Shown: piece after piece, positions 22,701 to 34,995 of the stretch | Layout: every line of letters begins with the position of its first letter | How positions within the stretch are numbered: the stretch's first letter is position 1 | From: Squalus acanthias | Taxonomy: Eukaryota | Direction of reading: 5' to 3' | Assembly (NCBI GenBank): GCA_030390025.1 | Contig: CM059432.1 | Span: 105,092,001 to 105,156,000, forward strand | Length of the DNA stretch: 64,000 nucleotides | Translations under genes and position numbers: made by a program | Notes under the pieces: generated by a model | The model's input: the letters and a program-made list of their open reading frames with translations, nothing else | Databases searched by the model: none | Told to the model about the DNA's origin: nothing

Positions 22701-24646
22701 ATAGCCTTCTGACACTCATTGTCAAGGTTCATACATGAATAATGCTGTTTAGGTGTAGTACTGGAGTCCTTGATACACATGCAACTACACTCCAGCAAGG
22801 GGTCGTCACTCTTAGGAGGAAGAACATTGGCAATGAAAAAAAAGAGTTAAAATATTCCTTCTTGTTCTGTTCATTGTTATGACATTGAATAATGATGCTC
22901 AGAAAATGCAAGTTATAATAGGATCAATTTCAATCTTTACCACTCCTCAGGAATGGTGTGCGCTCGAATTTCCAACAGTATTTCTGGTCTGTGTGTTCTG
23001 CTCCAGGAGTGCTGAAGTTGGAAATTTACCCTCAGTATGTATTGTCATACATGAAAACTGTATAGTAATACAAACATAAACACAAACCTAATGCCCAAAT
23101 AACCTGTATGAAAGAGAACTATTTTCTTATATACAATATTACTAAAATGTGTTACATTTAATGGTTTAGAGACCATTAAAATGACTGCACTAAGTGTTCC
23201 ATATTTTTATGTAGAAAGTTATGAAATGAGCACACCTAATTTTGCACTATTTTCCTTTTGTAACCCTGGAACAACTCACTGAGTACGGATGATTGCAGTG
23301 TTGGCCAATAGAAATTGCTGACTAGCCACAGATGTGGCTATGACAACACTGTTTTAGCCACATGCAATAATTTTAGTAGAAAACGCCTTATGTACACTCA
23401 TACAATACAGGTAAATGTACTTCACATCTGTATATTTACTTAACAAACATCCATCACCATTCAGTAACCAAGTAAGTAAAACACTTATGACAATAAAAAA
23501 AACACTCCCACGCTCTGCCTTTCATCTTACCATTTTACCAACAAACGCACAAAAAGTTCACATGCACACACTGTGCAATTACGAGTATTGAGATCACTTG
23601 CCTGACGGCAGTGTCTATTACTCATTTTTAATTTACTTATCAGAAATGCAATTCGCCACATGTGGCTAGTTGCCAACATATTGGACAACACTGCACTAGT
23701 GAAAGCCTGTGTCGTAGGAGTTCAAATTGAGGAGGGGATGTATTGAAAGATAAATGCTTGAATTGTGGATGATAGTTGATGAATGGAGTAGTAGGATTAC
23801 TTCCTATATACACATTAGAATAAGGAAGAGGAGTGCCAAGAGCACCACAAAGAGGAGGGGGAGTTAACTGTTGAAATAAATGCTCCAGAGCCTGGGACTA
23901 ATGAAATGTCAGCATATATGACATGTATAACTAATCAAAATTAATGTCCAGGGCGGGGTTCCAGTCTGACTTATTTCCTCTGTTATCCTAAGGCTTTGAG
24001 GGATTTCTTGGCAATGCTGACTGCCAGGAAACAGATTGCTGCAATAATTATTAAAACTAAGATACTTGAATGAAAATGATTACGCAAATTCAGCAGGTGC
24101 AACTATGGAATTGATTTTAATATGTTTAATCGCCCAATTAATTTACAAAAGATGCAGATGGACTGTTAATGCTAGAAGATCAAATGGAAAAGAAGACTGC
24201 AGGACTGATTAGGAAAACTGACAGATCAGTCAACAGCAAAGCCTTCGGTCGTCCCTGCTGAATCTTTTCTGAAATGTTCTCTAGTTCCAAAATATTGCTC
24301 AATTGCAGGAAATTAACTACTTGGTCACTTAAAGAAAATATTATCTATAGGTATCTTGGTTTTCTGCAGTAGCATTTTAGGTGTAACCCTAAAATTATTT
24401 TGCATTGCAAAGAATTTGATGGTTGAAATGATTTATTCAGCTAAATTTAAACTTTCTTTTTTAGTTTCGTTCACTAGTACAATTTCCAATCTTTACCCTT
24501 TTAAAAGACCTATATAATTTATTGGTACAACTCTTCTCTAAACTGGAAGAACCAAATATCTGTGTGTGAGAAATACTTCTAAGGGTGTTTAAAAATATAG
24601 GGGGGAAAAAGGGCTACAGAGAGAAAATAATCATTAAAGAAATATT

Positions 24647-25146
24647 TGTCTAGATTTTCTGAATGGGGGGTGGGGCATCACTAGCAGGATAGCATTTCTA
24701 CCCGCCAATCAGATGTCCCATGACCCCGCCCAAATTTCCAGCTCGAGGGTAGTTTTAATGCACCCCAGCCTCTGCCCCAGAGTTGTGCCAAACTGGGGGT
24801 GGAGCCTTGCTGTGGCACACCTTGTGGGCCTGCCGCAGCAGGACCAAGACTGAAGCAACCAGGCTGCCGAAAGAAAATGGTTTTTTTTGTTGTAAACTTT
24901 TGAAGGTGCTGCTGGTTATTTGTGCATGGCCACACTGTGAGAGACATAGCATAGGGCCCTTGATAATTGTTCCTCGGGGAGGAGGAGTGTGGGCTTCTCC
25001 CCAATCTTTGAACATTGGACACCAAGGCCTATGGGTGGTTGCATTTTAGGCTGCTGGGTCTGCCCACTGGGAAATGAGGGAAATGTGTTGTCAAGCAAGT
25101 TTCTGGCCACAGCCACCCTGGGTAATGCAAACAGAAAATCTAACCC
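24647..25146. mobile_element. Decayed Harbinger-type MITE
   Basis: Inverted ends TAGATTTTCT...AGAAAATCTA. TSD not resolved. Confidence 0.5.
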
Positions 25147-25203
25147 ACTTTGTTTAGATTTCGTACTTTTAAAATCTCATTATCTAGGTCAAAAGGACAT
25201 GTT

Positions 25204-28200
25204 GGCCGCGAAATTCAATAACCCACGAAAATGGGAGAGGGGATCGTGCTGCTCGATTAACCTGTCCCCGTTGAGTCCGATGCAGGTTGCATGCTAAATT
25301 TGTGCTGCCTGCTCATTTAAATGATTGTAGCATGCAGCCAGCGCTAACCACACTGTTCATTGATTGCACGCCTCAGCAGGGTGCCCAAAATTGTGAGAGG
25401 CTAGCACCACTTAAAGCTAGCCTGCACTACTTAAAGCCAGCCTGCACCTCTTAAATGGGAGGTGCATTGTGGCTGGAGCAGGTGGTGGAAGTCATTCTAC
25501 AACTGATTTTGATGTGGGAAACACTCAATAATGGCTTACCATGGGAGAGTGCAGGCACCAAGGTTCTCCAACGTTGCACTGGAGGCCTTGGTGGAGGAGG
25601 TGGAAAGGAGGACAGATGTGTTGTATCCACAGGGAGCCAGGAGACCCTCCAGACAAATGCTCAGAAATTTGTGGGAGCAGATAGCTATGGTGGTCAATGC
25701 CAGGAGTCAAGTCCTGAGGACCTGGATGCAGTCAAGGTCAGTGAATGCATCTTCAAATGCCATATCCCAACAACTGCACCACTAACCTCACACACTGCAC
25801 AATGCACCGTACCCTCATCACTCACCTACCCACAATGTCTATCAGGACTCATACCTAACATTCATAGCTTCACCTCACCCTCACACACTTAGCACTGCTG
25901 CAAGCCTCACGCCCATATCGCACAGCTTTCACACATTGCCAGCTATTCAACCATGACAACCACTGCACCCAAACAGATTGCACAACACTCACTGTCACAC
26001 TTCCTGGTCTCTTGCAGGACAAGGTGGCACACAACCGGAGGCAGCAGGAGCTAACCGGCGGGGGACAGGCACGCGTGCATGTCCTTACCCCCATGGAGGA
26101 AATGGTGCTTGCCATCATTGGAACGGCCATTGCTGAGTCCGTGGCTAGCAGCAGGACTGAAACCATAGAAGATGGTTCCTTGCTGTTCCCTGTCAACCAG
26201 CCAGTCCAGATTGCTGTCGCCCATGCCGAGGTGATGCAGTCTGCATCCGTGCTTTCTAGGTCCAGAGCTGCTTGAGGTCGTCCTCCAAGACTATCTGCAG
26301 TCTCCTCCACTGAAAGTCAGCAGCCTTCCACCAGCCATGCTGCAGATACTGGGGTAGCACTGCGTAGGAGCACTAGGACAGGCAAAGGCACACTAAAAAC
26401 AGGCACTAAGGGAATGCACAAGGGTGATTAGTTTATGTTTGTAGGCAATATGGCATGATTTAATTTATAAATTTATTTTGGAATGTTTATTTATTCTTGG
26501 CTTTTATTTTTGCATTGTGGCCAAGCAGACGCTGTTATGGTCAGTGACAGAGAGAAGGTAAGGTTTGGGACAGTTGCTGAATGGGGAATTGGGGTTGCGT
26601 TTACTGGGATCACACTCGGATGAGTTCTTCATGGACAGCCCAGCCAGAAAGCGGCTGTCTAGGTTGCCTCCTCCCTTCCACTTCCTCCTCATGCTCCTCT
26701 TCCTGCTCCTCAGCTGCTCGCCGTATAGCTGGTGGCAAGGGCATGTGCTCTCATGATGGCGAGGTTGTGCAGCATGCAACAGACCACCATAACTCTTGAC
26801 ACCCGCTCTGCCGAGTACTGCAGGGTCCCTCCAGAGTGGTCCAGGCAGTGGAAGTGCTTTTTTCAGGACGCCAATGGTCTGCTCTATCACATTTTGTGTG
26901 GCAGCATGGGTTTCATTGTATTCATGCTGCCCAAGTGTGCATGGGTTACGCACCGGAGTCAAGAGCCATGTCATCAGCAGATAGCCCTTGTCACCCAGTA
27001 GCCACCCTTTGGTTTGCCGTGATGGCTAAAATGCAGATGGCACAGCATCCACTGCACGAAACGGCATCCTGTTTCAGAGGTTCACTATTCCCTGGTAAAA
27101 GAACCACCTCCTAACATCTAACCTAGATCTAGCCTTATACAACTTAAATTTGTGACCCCTGGACCTCCCTAACCTATTTAATTGAAACAAACTTTCAGCT
27201 GGAACACAATCTATTCCCTTCATTATCTTATAAACCTCAATCAGGTCACCTCTAAGTCTACGCTTCTCTAAAGTGTAGAGTCCCAATTTTTTTAGCTAAC
27301 TTGATAAATAAGATGCTTTAAACAGGGAATTAGTCTAGTGGCCCTCCTCTGCACCCTTTCTAAAACCTCAATATCACCCACCATGTGAGGAGACTAAAAC
27401 TGGACACAGTATTCCACGTGCGGCCTGACTAAGGTCTTGTACAAGGACAAAATAGTATTCCTTGTCTTGTACTCAATTGTCCTATAGATACACCCCAACA
27501 CCCTATTTGCTCTAGTTATCACTTCACGGCATTGCTCATGTACCTTTAAAGATGTATGCACGAGAATGCCCAAATCTCTTTCTATCTCCACCTTCTTTAA
27601 TGTTTTTCCCTGAAGGGTGTATGAATGTTGAGCATTTGCCCTGCCCACATGCATAACTGCACTTATCTAAGTGGAATCCCTTTCGGTTGCAGTACATGTC
27701 AGAGTTGACATGTGGTGCCCGCAAAGCGAAGTGCGTGCAGTCAATGGCACCCTGGACCATGGGGAAGCCTGCAATCCTCGCAAAGCCGCACGCTCGCTCC
27801 GCCTGCTGCTCTCGTGCAAATGTATTCAGCTCTCTTTGTAGGGAGCCTCAGTGACCTCCCTTACGCAACAGTGGATGGCAAACTGTGAGATGTTGTAAAT
27901 ATCTCCAGCTCCAGCCTGGAAGGAGCCCGACACATAAAAGTTCATCGTCACGGTCATCTTCACAGCCACTGGCAATGCGGTCCTCGCCCTGCTCTCAGGT
28001 TGTAGTTGTGGCTGCAGGCAGATTTCAGTGAGGACGTCCTGACTGAAGTGCAGACATCTCACACAATGTTCCTCACTGAGGTTCAGGTAGGTGAATTGCT
28101 CCTTGAACACCCTGGGCGGATATGCCTTCCTGCTGAGAGCCCTTGTCCTCCCCCTCCTTCTCCCTCTTCCAGCAGCTTGTCCTGCTCTGCATGCCCTCTG

Positions 28201-28757
28201 TTCATTCTCCAAGATATGATGTATTCCAAGGGGAATTCCTACTAGTGCACCCATGTCTGGGAGCAACTGGTTTGTGCAGAAGCCTTGAAGTCAGGACAAA
28301 GTTCTTCAGCACCTGCCACATCACTCCTTGTAGACTTTAGCAACTTTAAAGAACTCTAGAAAGCACCAAATACTTATGCAATCGTAGCAACAGCCACTAG
28401 AAATCAATCAGCAACTAACCTGAAAGTAGTTGATAATCCCTTTAAATAGCACTGATGTTGGGTCCTTCCTGCAGCTGAACGCTTGTTCAACTGTGCGAGG
28501 TTAAGAGAGGGTGTTAGTTGGAGCATTGAGCTCCAAAATGGCACCGCTGGCATCAAATTGGCGTTGCACACTGATGAACTGCCTACTCTGCATACATCTG
28601 GCGGACATTCACTGCGCACGCACTAACGCCCTCTCCAATACGTTATCCGGCACGACTCACACCAGAAGTGTGTGTGAGCACCGTGGATGCCATTTTGAAC
28701 CTTTAGGAGCATTGTAGCACCCAAAAAACAGGCGCTACAGATCCAGATTTTGCGCCC
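25204..28757 (-). mobile_element. Decayed Harbinger (Myb/SANT remnant on +, transposase pseudogene on -)
   Basis: Ends GGCCGCGAAATT / GATTTTGCGCCC with GTT TSD. APRFSNVALEALVEEV at 25531ff. Transposase pieces YPPRVFKEQ, GAIDCTH, NVIEQTIGVLK at 28266-26600, with stops and frameshifts. Confidence 0.88.
27045..27670 (-). mobile_element. Internal CR1-like ORF2 fragment inside the decayed transposase
   Basis: LYKTLVRPHVEYCVQF, RRLRGDLIEVYKI, RSRGH motifs. No 3' tail. Confidence 0.88.
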
Positions 28758-29089
28758 GTTAGCTTTACATAGCTGAAGAAAGAGAAGACAACTTAAACAA
28801 AAGCAGCATTTAAAATACTGGTCCCAATCCTGACAGGACTCTAATGTGAGAAGTTGCAGGCAAATAACTCAAATAGATAAATGACTTTTTCCACAACATA
28901 TTTAAAATTCATTTTTATATGGATTTTCTGTATATAATCACATTCAGTTAGACTGAAGGACCATATGGTTTAAAATTATTTAAGAATTATTTAACAATTA
29001 ATTTCTTCTGCACAAAAGCTAATGTTAACATATTTATACATGTGTTATGCAATTCTGGGTATCAAACAGGAACAAGTCAATGGGCCCAT

Positions 29090-29355
29090 TGTTGGGTCTA
29101 GACTGTGGAGGCAGTGTACACCTGAAATTGGTCCTCGGTGTAAAAGTCGGATCGCCAGGTGGTGAAGGATAGAATGTTAGAGCCTAGTCTTCAGTCGCTT
29201 ACAAGCCTTTATTTTCAGAGACACCTATTACATACTGTGCACCCACAAGATAAGTGCCCCCGCTTCCCAAGCCTGCTCCCATATATATGAACACAAGAGC
29301 GTCCCCAATTAATACCCACCACCTGAATACAATTAATACTCAGGCCTTATCTACA
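29090..29355 (-). mobile_element. Possible solo LTR
   Basis: TGT...ACA termini. On the minus strand a TATATAT (~29282) precedes an AATAAA (~29208). No clean TSD. Confidence 0.3.
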
Positions 29356-29614
29356 TATTCAGGGTGAGCTGCTGGCCACTGTCCCACCTCCCTAGGCAGC
29401 TTGCCTGAGGGTAGAATTCAATTTTGGGCTGCCTGCTTCACCGGCAATTAAGTCCTGGGGCAGGTGAAAGACAGTGAGAGGGAGGCTGATCATGGCCATC
29501 AGGAGTATTGTAGGGCCAGGCCTTGGATACAGGACTGCTTTGTGTCAGTGGGATTGGGGGGGTGGGGTAGAGTGACCGTTGGATGCGATTGTTACATCGG
29601 TCCAGTGGTGGTGA

Positions 29615-29960
29615 TTAATTGAACCGTACACATAAGGGAATCCCTGGCATCTCAGGCAGCAATGTGAACAGCTGGTGTTGTATTGGGGGCAACATCTTCA
29701 TCTTCTGCCTCCTCCTTGTCCTCCTCCTGCTCCTCCTCTTCATTGGAATCATTTGCAGATGATGTGCGCTCAGTGCCTTGTTCCTCCTGCAGCTCCAATC
29801 CTCACTGCTGGGCAATGTTGTGCAGAGCACAGCACACCACGACCATTCTGGAGACTCTCGCTGGTGAGTACTGAAGGGCGCCTCCAGATCTGTCCAGGCA
29901 TCTGAAGTGCATCTTGAGCATGCCAATCACTTGCTCAATGACACATCTGGTCATCATATG
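29615..29960 (-). pseudogene. Harbinger transposase C-terminal fragment (part 3 of split gene)
   Basis: HMMTRCVIEQVIGMLKMHFRCLDRSGGALQYSP...CCALHN followed by an acidic tract. Confidence 0.9.
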
Positions 29961-30240
29961 AGAGCTATGTGCACAAATCTGGGAGAATCTGCTAAACGGA
30001 GTGGCTTGTAAACAGAGCGGCAATGGGAATTTGGTGAGAGGGGAATTCGGTGCAGAGGGGGAAGGTGGTGCTAAGTACTTTAAACCAAGTGGCAACAGTA
30101 AATATATAAATAATCAGAGTAATTAATTAGATCAAAAGGGATTTTTTTAAAGCAAAATGATGGGACAGCTGAGACCCATTGCCTGAAATTCCTGTGCCAT
30201 GTGGGAACTTCAGGACGCTTCATGTGTTCTGTATAACCAT

Positions 30241-30925
30241 GGGCTGGATTTTCATTGACCCATGGAGGCGGGTTTGGAGGCGTGTGGGGGGTTAAAATTG
30301 CGAAAACTGGCGGGCGGGCACAAGTCCGCCTCCATCCCGCCTCCACGCAATTTTCATTAAATCGTGTCTGCTGGTCCCGACTCCGTCCCGCCTTTAAGAG
30401 GCGGGATAGGCTGTTAAGGCCCTTAACAAGCACTAAATTGGCTCTATAATGCCATTTTGAAAGGCCTTTGTGATTTTAACCCTTGTTATACGTGAAGCAT
30501 GCCTGTTCTGAACCATGAATGTGAAACCTGGCGGTAGCACATTTGGCTGGCTGGATGGATGGATGGATGGCTATGGGGATGCATATATGGATGGCTATGT
30601 GGATGGATAGAGAGGAGACATATCTGGGAGTGGTGGTGTAAAAATATCTGGGAGCAGACTTAGGGCTACTGCTTATTTTGCAGGTCCTCTCACAGCAAAA
30701 GCCAGGCAGTCTTTGAAGACCTTCAATGCAGCAGCAATGATGACATCATCAAAGGCGACTTTCAGACTGAAAACACTAATTGGTTCATGGGTTCCCACAT
30801 GCTGGAACTCAATTGCCCAATTAGGTGAAAATTGCATCAATCTCCCACATCCAATTGCAGTCGGGTGGATAACACGAAAAGTGGATGACACGACCCCAAC
30901 CTGCCCCAGTATCAAAATCCAGCCC
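30241..30925. mobile_element. Harbinger-type MITE (family C)
   Basis: Perfect 12-bp TIR GGGCTGGATTTT/AAAATCCAGCCC; CAT TSD. Near-identical to 55495-56196. Confidence 0.93.
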
Positions 30926-32670
30926 CATGTGTGCATGAAATGCCTCCAGTTGCTCAAACTCAAGCTCAGGGTTTCTGAGACATTGGGACCAGTTCTGGGG
31001 CAGAATGGACCTGTTCAAGGTAGACGGGTTGCACCTCAACAGAGCCGGGACCAATGTCCTCGCGGGAAGATTAACTAGCACTGTTGGGGAGGGTTTAAAC
31101 TAATTTGGAAGGGGATGGACACTAGGATTAAACATTGGAAAGGAGAAACAAGGTGCACAGAGGAGTGAGAGAGACAAATAGCACTAGAGTAATGAATAGT
31201 TCAGAAATAGGAGCGATCAGACAGGGAGCAAATGCGAAGCAGTCTAAGATTGGTTTGGAGTGCATGTACGTAAATGCACAGAGTGTAGTAAATGAGGTTG
31301 GTGAGCTACAGGCACAAGTCGCCACATGGGACTATGATATAGTGGCAATAACAGAGAACTGGCACAAAGAAGAGGAGGATTGGGAACTTAATACTCCTGG
31401 CTACAAAGTACTCAGGAAAGATAGGGAAGGAAAAAAAGGAGGGGTTGTGGCAGTATAGATCAGAGAAACTATTATAGTATTGGAGAGGAATGATGTAGTT
31501 GAGGGGCCAAAGACAGAGCCAGAGCCATGGAATTGGATATAGCCACGACATAGGCAGTGATAAGGCCTAATGATGTTAAGCTGCGCCACCTCAAAATGAT
31601 CTAGGTAGCAAGCAAAATACGTGCTCACTCCTCATTAACATGATTATAGTCATGATTTCAGCGCTAAAACTGCTGCTCATTGGCTTAATGTTCAACAGGT
31701 GGACCAATATCGGGGCCAGTCTAATTCCAAGTCATGTGTTGCACAGGCATTTTTCACTACTTAAAGGGGAGGGGCATTGATCCTACAGCACTGCATTGTG
31801 AAGAAGAAGAAGAAGAAGTCCAAAGCAATGGCAGAATGTCCTCATAGGGAGAGAGCCAGGAGATTTTCAGATGCAGCTCTGGAGGCACTGGTTGTGGCCA
31901 TGGAGAGGAGGTGGGCTGTCCTCTTCCTCCAGACTGGCAGGAAGCCCTCGCTATACACCTCCCGAACGATGTAGCAGGAGATAGTTACACATTTGATGGT
32001 CAGCACTGTGGTGCCAAGGACAGTCATCCAGTGCCAAAAGAAGTTAAATGACCTCACACAGGTGGTCAAGGTGAATGAAGGATTCAGCAAATGCCATATC
32101 CCACCATCTGCACCACAAGCCTCACACACTGCTCAATGCACCATACGCCGAACACTCAGCTACCAACAATCTCTACCTATCACCACTCAGACCTCATAAT
32201 CATAGCTTCACTTCACCCTCACAACATTACCACTGCTGTAACACTTACACCCACATCTCACACCTTGCGTACACTGACAGCTATTCAACTATGGCAGGCA
32301 CATCACCCAAACACACTGCACCACACTCACACACACTTCTCTTTTGCTTGCATGCCAAGATGGCTCACAACCAGAGGGAGCAGCAACAGACAGGCGGGGG
32401 CGGGGGGCAGGCTGACATGCAGGCCCTCAGTCAGCTGGAGGAGAGAGTTCTGCAGATCATTGGGCGGCACATCATAGAGGCCTTGGCAACTGGCGAGGTC
32501 GAACCTATTGGGGACAACAACAGTATGGTCATTCCTAATCCTTCTGCTCACATCCAACTTCCACCTCATCCCACAATCTCTTCTCACTTTCAAGCTACTG
32601 ATGCTGTAAGGATGCATATCTGGCTTCCCCCTGACCCCTTCCTTCACCATGACCCGACTCTTGTGCCTTT

Positions 32671-33614
32671 CTGAGTGTCATGTAGCCAAATTTGCTGATG
32701 ATACAAAGATAGGTGGGAAAGCAAATTGTGTGGAGGACGCAAAGAATCTCCAAAGGGATATAGATAGGCTAAGTGAGTGGGCAAAAATCTGGCAGATGGA
32801 GTTTAATGTGGGAAAGTGCGAGGTTATCCACTTTGGTAGGAAAAATAAAAAAGCAAATTATTATTTAAATGGGGAGAGATTACAAAATGCTGAGGTACAG
32901 AGGGATCTGGGGGTCCTTGTACATGAATCACAAAAAGTTAGCATGCAGGTACAGCAAGTAATTAGGAAGGCAAATGGAGTGTTGGCCTTTATTGCAAAGG
33001 GAATGGAGTATAAAAGTAGGGAAGTCCTGTTACAAATGACAGGGCATTGGTGAGACCACACCTGGAGTACTGCGTACAGTTTTGGTCTCCTTATTTAAGG
33101 AAGGATATACTTGCATTAGAGGCAGTTCAGAGCAGGTTCACGAGGTTGATTCCGGAGATCAAGGGGTTGTCTTATGAAGAAAGGTTGAGCAGGTTGGGCC
33201 TATACACATTGGAGTTTAGAAAAATGAGAGGGGATCTTATTGAAACATATAAGATTATGAAGGGGCTTGACAGGGTAGCTGCAGAGAGGATGTTTCCCCT
33301 CGTGGGGGGAATCTAGAACTAGGGGGAATAATTTCAGAATAAGGGGGCACCCTTTTAAATCCGAAATGAGGAGGAATTTCTTCTCTCAGATGGTCATGAA
33401 TCTTTGGAACTCTCTTCCCCAGAGAGCTGTGGAGGCTGGGTCATTGAATATATTTAAGGTGGAGATAGACAGATTTTTGAACGATAAGGGAGTCAAGGAT
33501 TATGGAGAGCAGGCAGGGAAGTGGAGTTGAGGCCAAGATCAGTTCAGCCATGATCTCATTGAATGGCAGAGCAGGATCGAGGGGCCAAATGACCTACTCC
33601 TGCTTATATTCTTA
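32671..33614 (+). mobile_element. CR1 3' fragment nested in the Harbinger
   Basis: KFADDTK to the end of ORF2, then 3' UTR CCTACTCCTGC. Confidence 0.92.
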
Positions 33615-33769
33615 GTGCTGCAGCAGAAGCGCAGACCACTCTCATGCAGTCTCAGCTTGATGCCACCCAAGCTTTGACAGCTGCCATCATGGTTGGGTTT
33701 ACCACTGTTGACCGGGGCTTGTAGGGTGTTGCAGCAGGCCAGCAATCTGTGCTCCAACAGATTGCTAGG

Positions 33770-34995
33770 AATTAGTAACAATACTGTGGAGGAGGAATTC
33801 CTAGAGTGTATACGGGATGGTTTCCTGGACCAATATGTCGAGGAACCAACTAGAGATCAGGCCATCTTAGACTGGGTATTATGTAATGAGAAAGGATTAA
33901 TTAGCAATCTTGTTGTGCAAGGCCCCTTGGGGAGGAGTGATCATAATATGATAGAATTCTTCAGTAAGATGGAGACTAAAGTAGTTGACTCAGAGACTAG
34001 GGTCCTGAATTTAAATAAAGGAAACTACGATGGTATGAGGCGCGAGTTGGCTAGAATGGATTGGGGAATGTTACTTAAAGGGTTGATGGTGGATAGGCAA
34101 TGGCAAACATTTAAAGATTGCATGGATGAACTACAGAATTTGTTCATCCCTGTTTGGCATAAAAATAAAACAAAAAAGGTGACTCAACCGTGGCTAAGAA
34201 GGGAAATCAGGGATAGCATAAGATCCAAGGAGAGGACATATAAATTGACCAGAAAAAGCAGCAAACCTGAGGATTGGGAGCAGTTTAGGATTCAGCAAAG
34301 GAGGACAAAGGGATTAATTAAGAGGGGGAAAATAGAGTATGAGAGTAAGCTTGCAGGGAACATAAAAACTGACTGTAAAAGCTTCTATAGATATGTGAAG
34401 AGAAAAAGATTGGTGAAGTCAAGCGCAGGTCCCTTGCAGTCAGAATCAGGGGAATTTATAATGGGGAACAAAGAAATGGTAGACCAATTAAATACATACT
34501 TTGGTTCTGGCTTCACAAAGGAGGACACAAATAACCTCCCAGAGATGTCGGGGAACATAGGGTCTAATGAGAGGGAGGAACTGAATGAAATCAGTATTTG
34601 TAGGGAAATGGTGTTTGGGAAATTGACGGGATTGAAGGCCGATAAATCCCCAGGGCCTGATAATCTACATCCTAGGGTACTTAAGGAAGTGGCCCTAGAA
34701 ATAGTAGATGCATTGCTGGTCATCTTCCAAAATTCTATAGACTCTGGAACAGTTCCATGGATTGGAGGGTAGCTAATGTAACCCCACTATTTAAAAAAGG
34801 TGGTAGAGAGAAAATGGGGAATTATAGACCGGTAAGCCTGACATCGGTAGTGGGGAAAATGCTAGAGTCCATTATCAAAGATGTAATAGCAGAGCACTTG
34901 GAAAACAGTGACAGGATCGGACAAAGTCAACATGGATTTACAAAAGGTAAATGGCCTACTCCTGCTCCTATCTTCTATGTTTCTATGTTTCTATG
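33770..34995 (+). mobile_element. CR1 with internal deletion, nested in the Harbinger Myb/SANT last exon
   Basis: ORF2 runs from FLDQYVEEPTR to QHGFTKGK, then joins directly to the 3' UTR and a (TTTCTATG)n tail. Confidence 0.92.

Noticed and set aside
33693..34772. 359-aa ORF as a Harbinger-CR1 fusion gene
   Set aside because: The first ~26 codons are out-of-frame Harbinger sequence running by chance into a truncated CR1 ORF2.
34940..34960. Splicing as the cause of the CR1 internal deletion (AAG|GTAAAT)
   Set aside because: The GTAAAT is retained in the product; the junction fits AAT microhomology instead.
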